NCBI GenBank assembly: GCA_965225855.1
Contig: CBDDCK010000005.1
Location: 192,001 to 256,000 of the forward strand
Source: Spirochaetia bacterium
GTDB taxonomy: Bacteria; Spirochaetota; Spirochaetia; SP-2023
Reading direction: 5' to 3'
Length of the DNA: 64,000 nucleotides
Shown: piece by piece, positions 62,150-64,000 of the stretch
Numbering within the stretch: position 1 is the stretch's first letter
Layout of the letters: each line of letters begins with the position of its first letter
Program-made: the position numbers and the translations under genes
Notes under the pieces: generated by a model
The model's database searches: none
What the model was told of the DNA's origin: nothing
The model's input: the letters and a program-made list of their open reading frames with translations, nothing else

Positions 62150-62176
62150 GGGAATTAAACCAAATTGAGAATAAAG

Positions 62177-62869
62177 TTAAGATAGAATTTTTCCATATTG
62201 AACAGTTTGTCCTAAATAGGTCTCTTCTGATAAATAGAATTCTACAAATTTTTGCTCAAAATCTGGAGCTACAGACTTTTGTGGTAAACATGTGGCTAAA
62301 ATATTTTCCTGCAAAATTTTAATTTTTCCAAATTTACGAATAAAATCATAGCCTGAATATTTTTCGATAATGGCTTCCCTGTGGAGCAATGGCAGCCAAG
62401 CAATATCAACCATACCAAGACCTTTGGTTCCAGAATCAAAAGAAGCACCGTTAAAAAATGTTGTTCCCGTCAATTTATTTTCCAACTTTGCCAATGCCAT
62501 TTTGAGTTTGCCCGCTCGTTCTTGTAAAATTTCTTCAGAACTACTTCACTGGGCACTGCATTGGACTAAATAATTTTTTGAAGCCATGTAAGACCATGCT
62601 CGCTGTTGCGCTTTGGCAACTGGATTTATAGTGAACAAAATTTCTGGGCTAACCTCTTCTATATATTCAGCAATGACATCGAATTCAAATATCGCTTCAT
62701 CGCTGTCGGCAATCAGCAGCGGAACTTGCCCATTCGGCGATAACTTTAGAAACCACTCGGGCTTCTGTTTTAAACTGATAAAATCAATATCGTATGCTTG
62801 TTGTTTGGCTTCAAGTAAAGCGGTAATTCGCTGCACAAATGGGCATATCGTAAAGCTTGCAAGTCGCAT
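62177..62869 (-). pseudogene. Glutathione S-transferase interrupted by an in-frame TGA
   Basis: SFTICPFVQR and SPNGQVP N-domain; TGA at 62546-62548; same frame continues into the C-domain (VDIAWLPLLHR). Confidence 0.85.
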
Positions 62870-62877
62870 GTCGTTTG

Positions 62878-63072
62878 TTAAACAGATTGAAGCAGCAGAC
62901 TTTTACCGCGATTCAAAGCCGCTTTGCAAGGTTTGCAAACTTTAACCATAGTTTCACCTGCAGTATGTTCATAGTGCACTTTTATACCTGTGCGTTTACA
63001 GGCTGGGCATTGTGCGCGACCAGCCATAGGCATTTCCTCACGTAGTGGTTTTCCACGATGGGCTTTAGACAT
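62878..63072 (-). CDS. Small basic CxxC-CxxC zinc-finger protein
   Basis: CPAC..CKPC; AAGGAG RBS directly after the rpmE stop. Confidence 0.8.
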   Translation of the reverse strand: MSKAHRGKPLREEMPMAGRAQCPACKRTGIKVHYEHTAGETMVKVCKPCKAALNRGKSLLLQSV

Positions 63073-63081
63073 AGTAACTCC

Positions 63082-63285
63082 TTATTTGAGGCTGTATTTG
63101 CGATTAAAGCGTTCTACACGACCAGCCGTGTCTACCAAACGCTGGGCTCCAGTATAAAAAGGGTGGCAGTTTGAACATATTTCTATGGTAATATCGCCAA
63201 CCGTGGTTCCAACATCAATTACACTATTGCACGAGACGCAAGAAACTTTACTGGTTACATATTTGGGGTGTATATTTGGTTTCAT
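63082..63285 (-). CDS. rpmE: 50S ribosomal protein L31 (zinc-binding type)
   Basis: [33 protein letters not shown]. Confidence 0.96.
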   Translation of the reverse strand: MKPNIHPKYVTSKVSCVSCNSVIDVGTTVGDITIEICSNCHPFYTGAQRLVDTAGRVERFNRKYSLK

Positions 63286-63293
63286 AAACAATC

Positions 63294-64000
63294 CTACATT
63301 GTATTCATGGCTTTTAAGAATGCGCTATTATTCCGAGTTTTTTTTATTTTGTCAATTATCAGTTCCGTAGCTTCTATATCGTCCATTGGATTGAGAAAAT
63401 TACGCAGTATCCACATTTTCTTGAGCTCTTCATCTTTGAGTAACAGCTCTTCTTTACGAGTTCCAGAGCGTTTTATATTAATAGCTGGGAAATTGCGTCG
63501 TTCGGACAAGCGGCGATCCAGCACTAATTCCATGTTGCCAGTGCCTTTAAATTCTTCAAAAATCACCTCGTCCATACGCGAACCTGTTTCAATTAGGGCG
63601 GTGGCTAAAATAGTTAAGCTACCGCCATTTTCTATATTGCGGGCCGAACCAAAAAACCGTTTAGGTTTTTGTAATGCATTAGAATCCACTCCTCCCGAAA
63701 GAATTTTTCCAGACGTTGGTACCGATTGATTATAAGCTCTTGCTAATCGAGTAATGGAGTCCAATAAAATAATAACATCTTTACCACTTTCTACTAAGCA
63801 ACGGGATTTTTCTAAAACCATTTCTGCAACTTGAATATGGTGGGAAGCTTGCTCATCAAAAGTAGAAGCGATAACTTCTCCATTTACACTGCGCTGCATG
63901 TCCGTTACTTCTTCGGGCCGTTCCCCAATGAGCAATACAATCAAATGTATGTTTGGGTAGTTGTTCGTAATCGAATTGGCTACCTGCTGCATTACCGTAG
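63294..64000 (-). CDS. rho: Transcription termination factor Rho (3' part; runs off the window)
   Basis: [43 protein letters not shown]. Confidence 0.97.
   Translation of the reverse strand, partial: TVMQQVANSITNNYPNIHLIVLLIGERPEEVTDMQRSVNGEVIASTFDEQASHHIQVAEMVLEKSRCLVESGKDVIILLDSITRLARAYNQSVPTSGKILSGGVDSNALQKPKRFFGSARNIENGGSLTILATALIETGSRMDEVIFEEFKGTGNMELVLDRRLSERRNFPAINIKRSGTRKEELLLKDEELKKMWILRNFLNPMDDIEATELIIDKIKKTRNNSAFLKAMNTM

Noticed and set aside
62546..62548. TGA recoding (selenocysteine or alternative genetic code)
   Set aside because: TGA ends intact genes here (TagF-like, pstS, yhfX), Trp is encoded by TGG, and the position is not the GST catalytic residue

Overview
Bacterial chromosomal window, most likely from a host-associated spirochaete (inferred from spirochaete-style lipoprotein/SBP signal peptides, a Gx/NusG-II pair and the small Zn-finger gene behind rpmE; not verified by any search). 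Core genes (PPi-type pfk, galE, glgP, map, pnp, ispG, rpmE, partial rho, pstSCAB-phoU) are interleaved with accessory DNA. Main points: (1) a putative phosphonate surface-modification locus, with a TagF-like transferase, three tandem mosaic copies (3293-bp unit) of a YidC-like domain fused to an LtaS/EptA-type phosphotransferase domain, a cytidylyltransferase-PEP mutase fusion with an altered signature motif and a phosphonoacetaldehyde reductase-like gene, but no decarboxylase in the window; (2) a five-member modular surface lipoprotein family (one mucin-like with about 74 33-bp repeats, one pseudogene) whose shared predicted promoter has a C-rich simple repeat between -35 and -10; (3) three sequence-unrelated intergenic array families that share a ~23-bp period and palindromic cores; (4) a DeoC homolog lacking its Schiff-base lysine; (5) a sugar ABC/YhfX operon bracketed by direct repeats; (6) several relics (hsdS, fecCD, GST). 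No rRNA, tRNA, CRISPR array or intact transposase was recognised.
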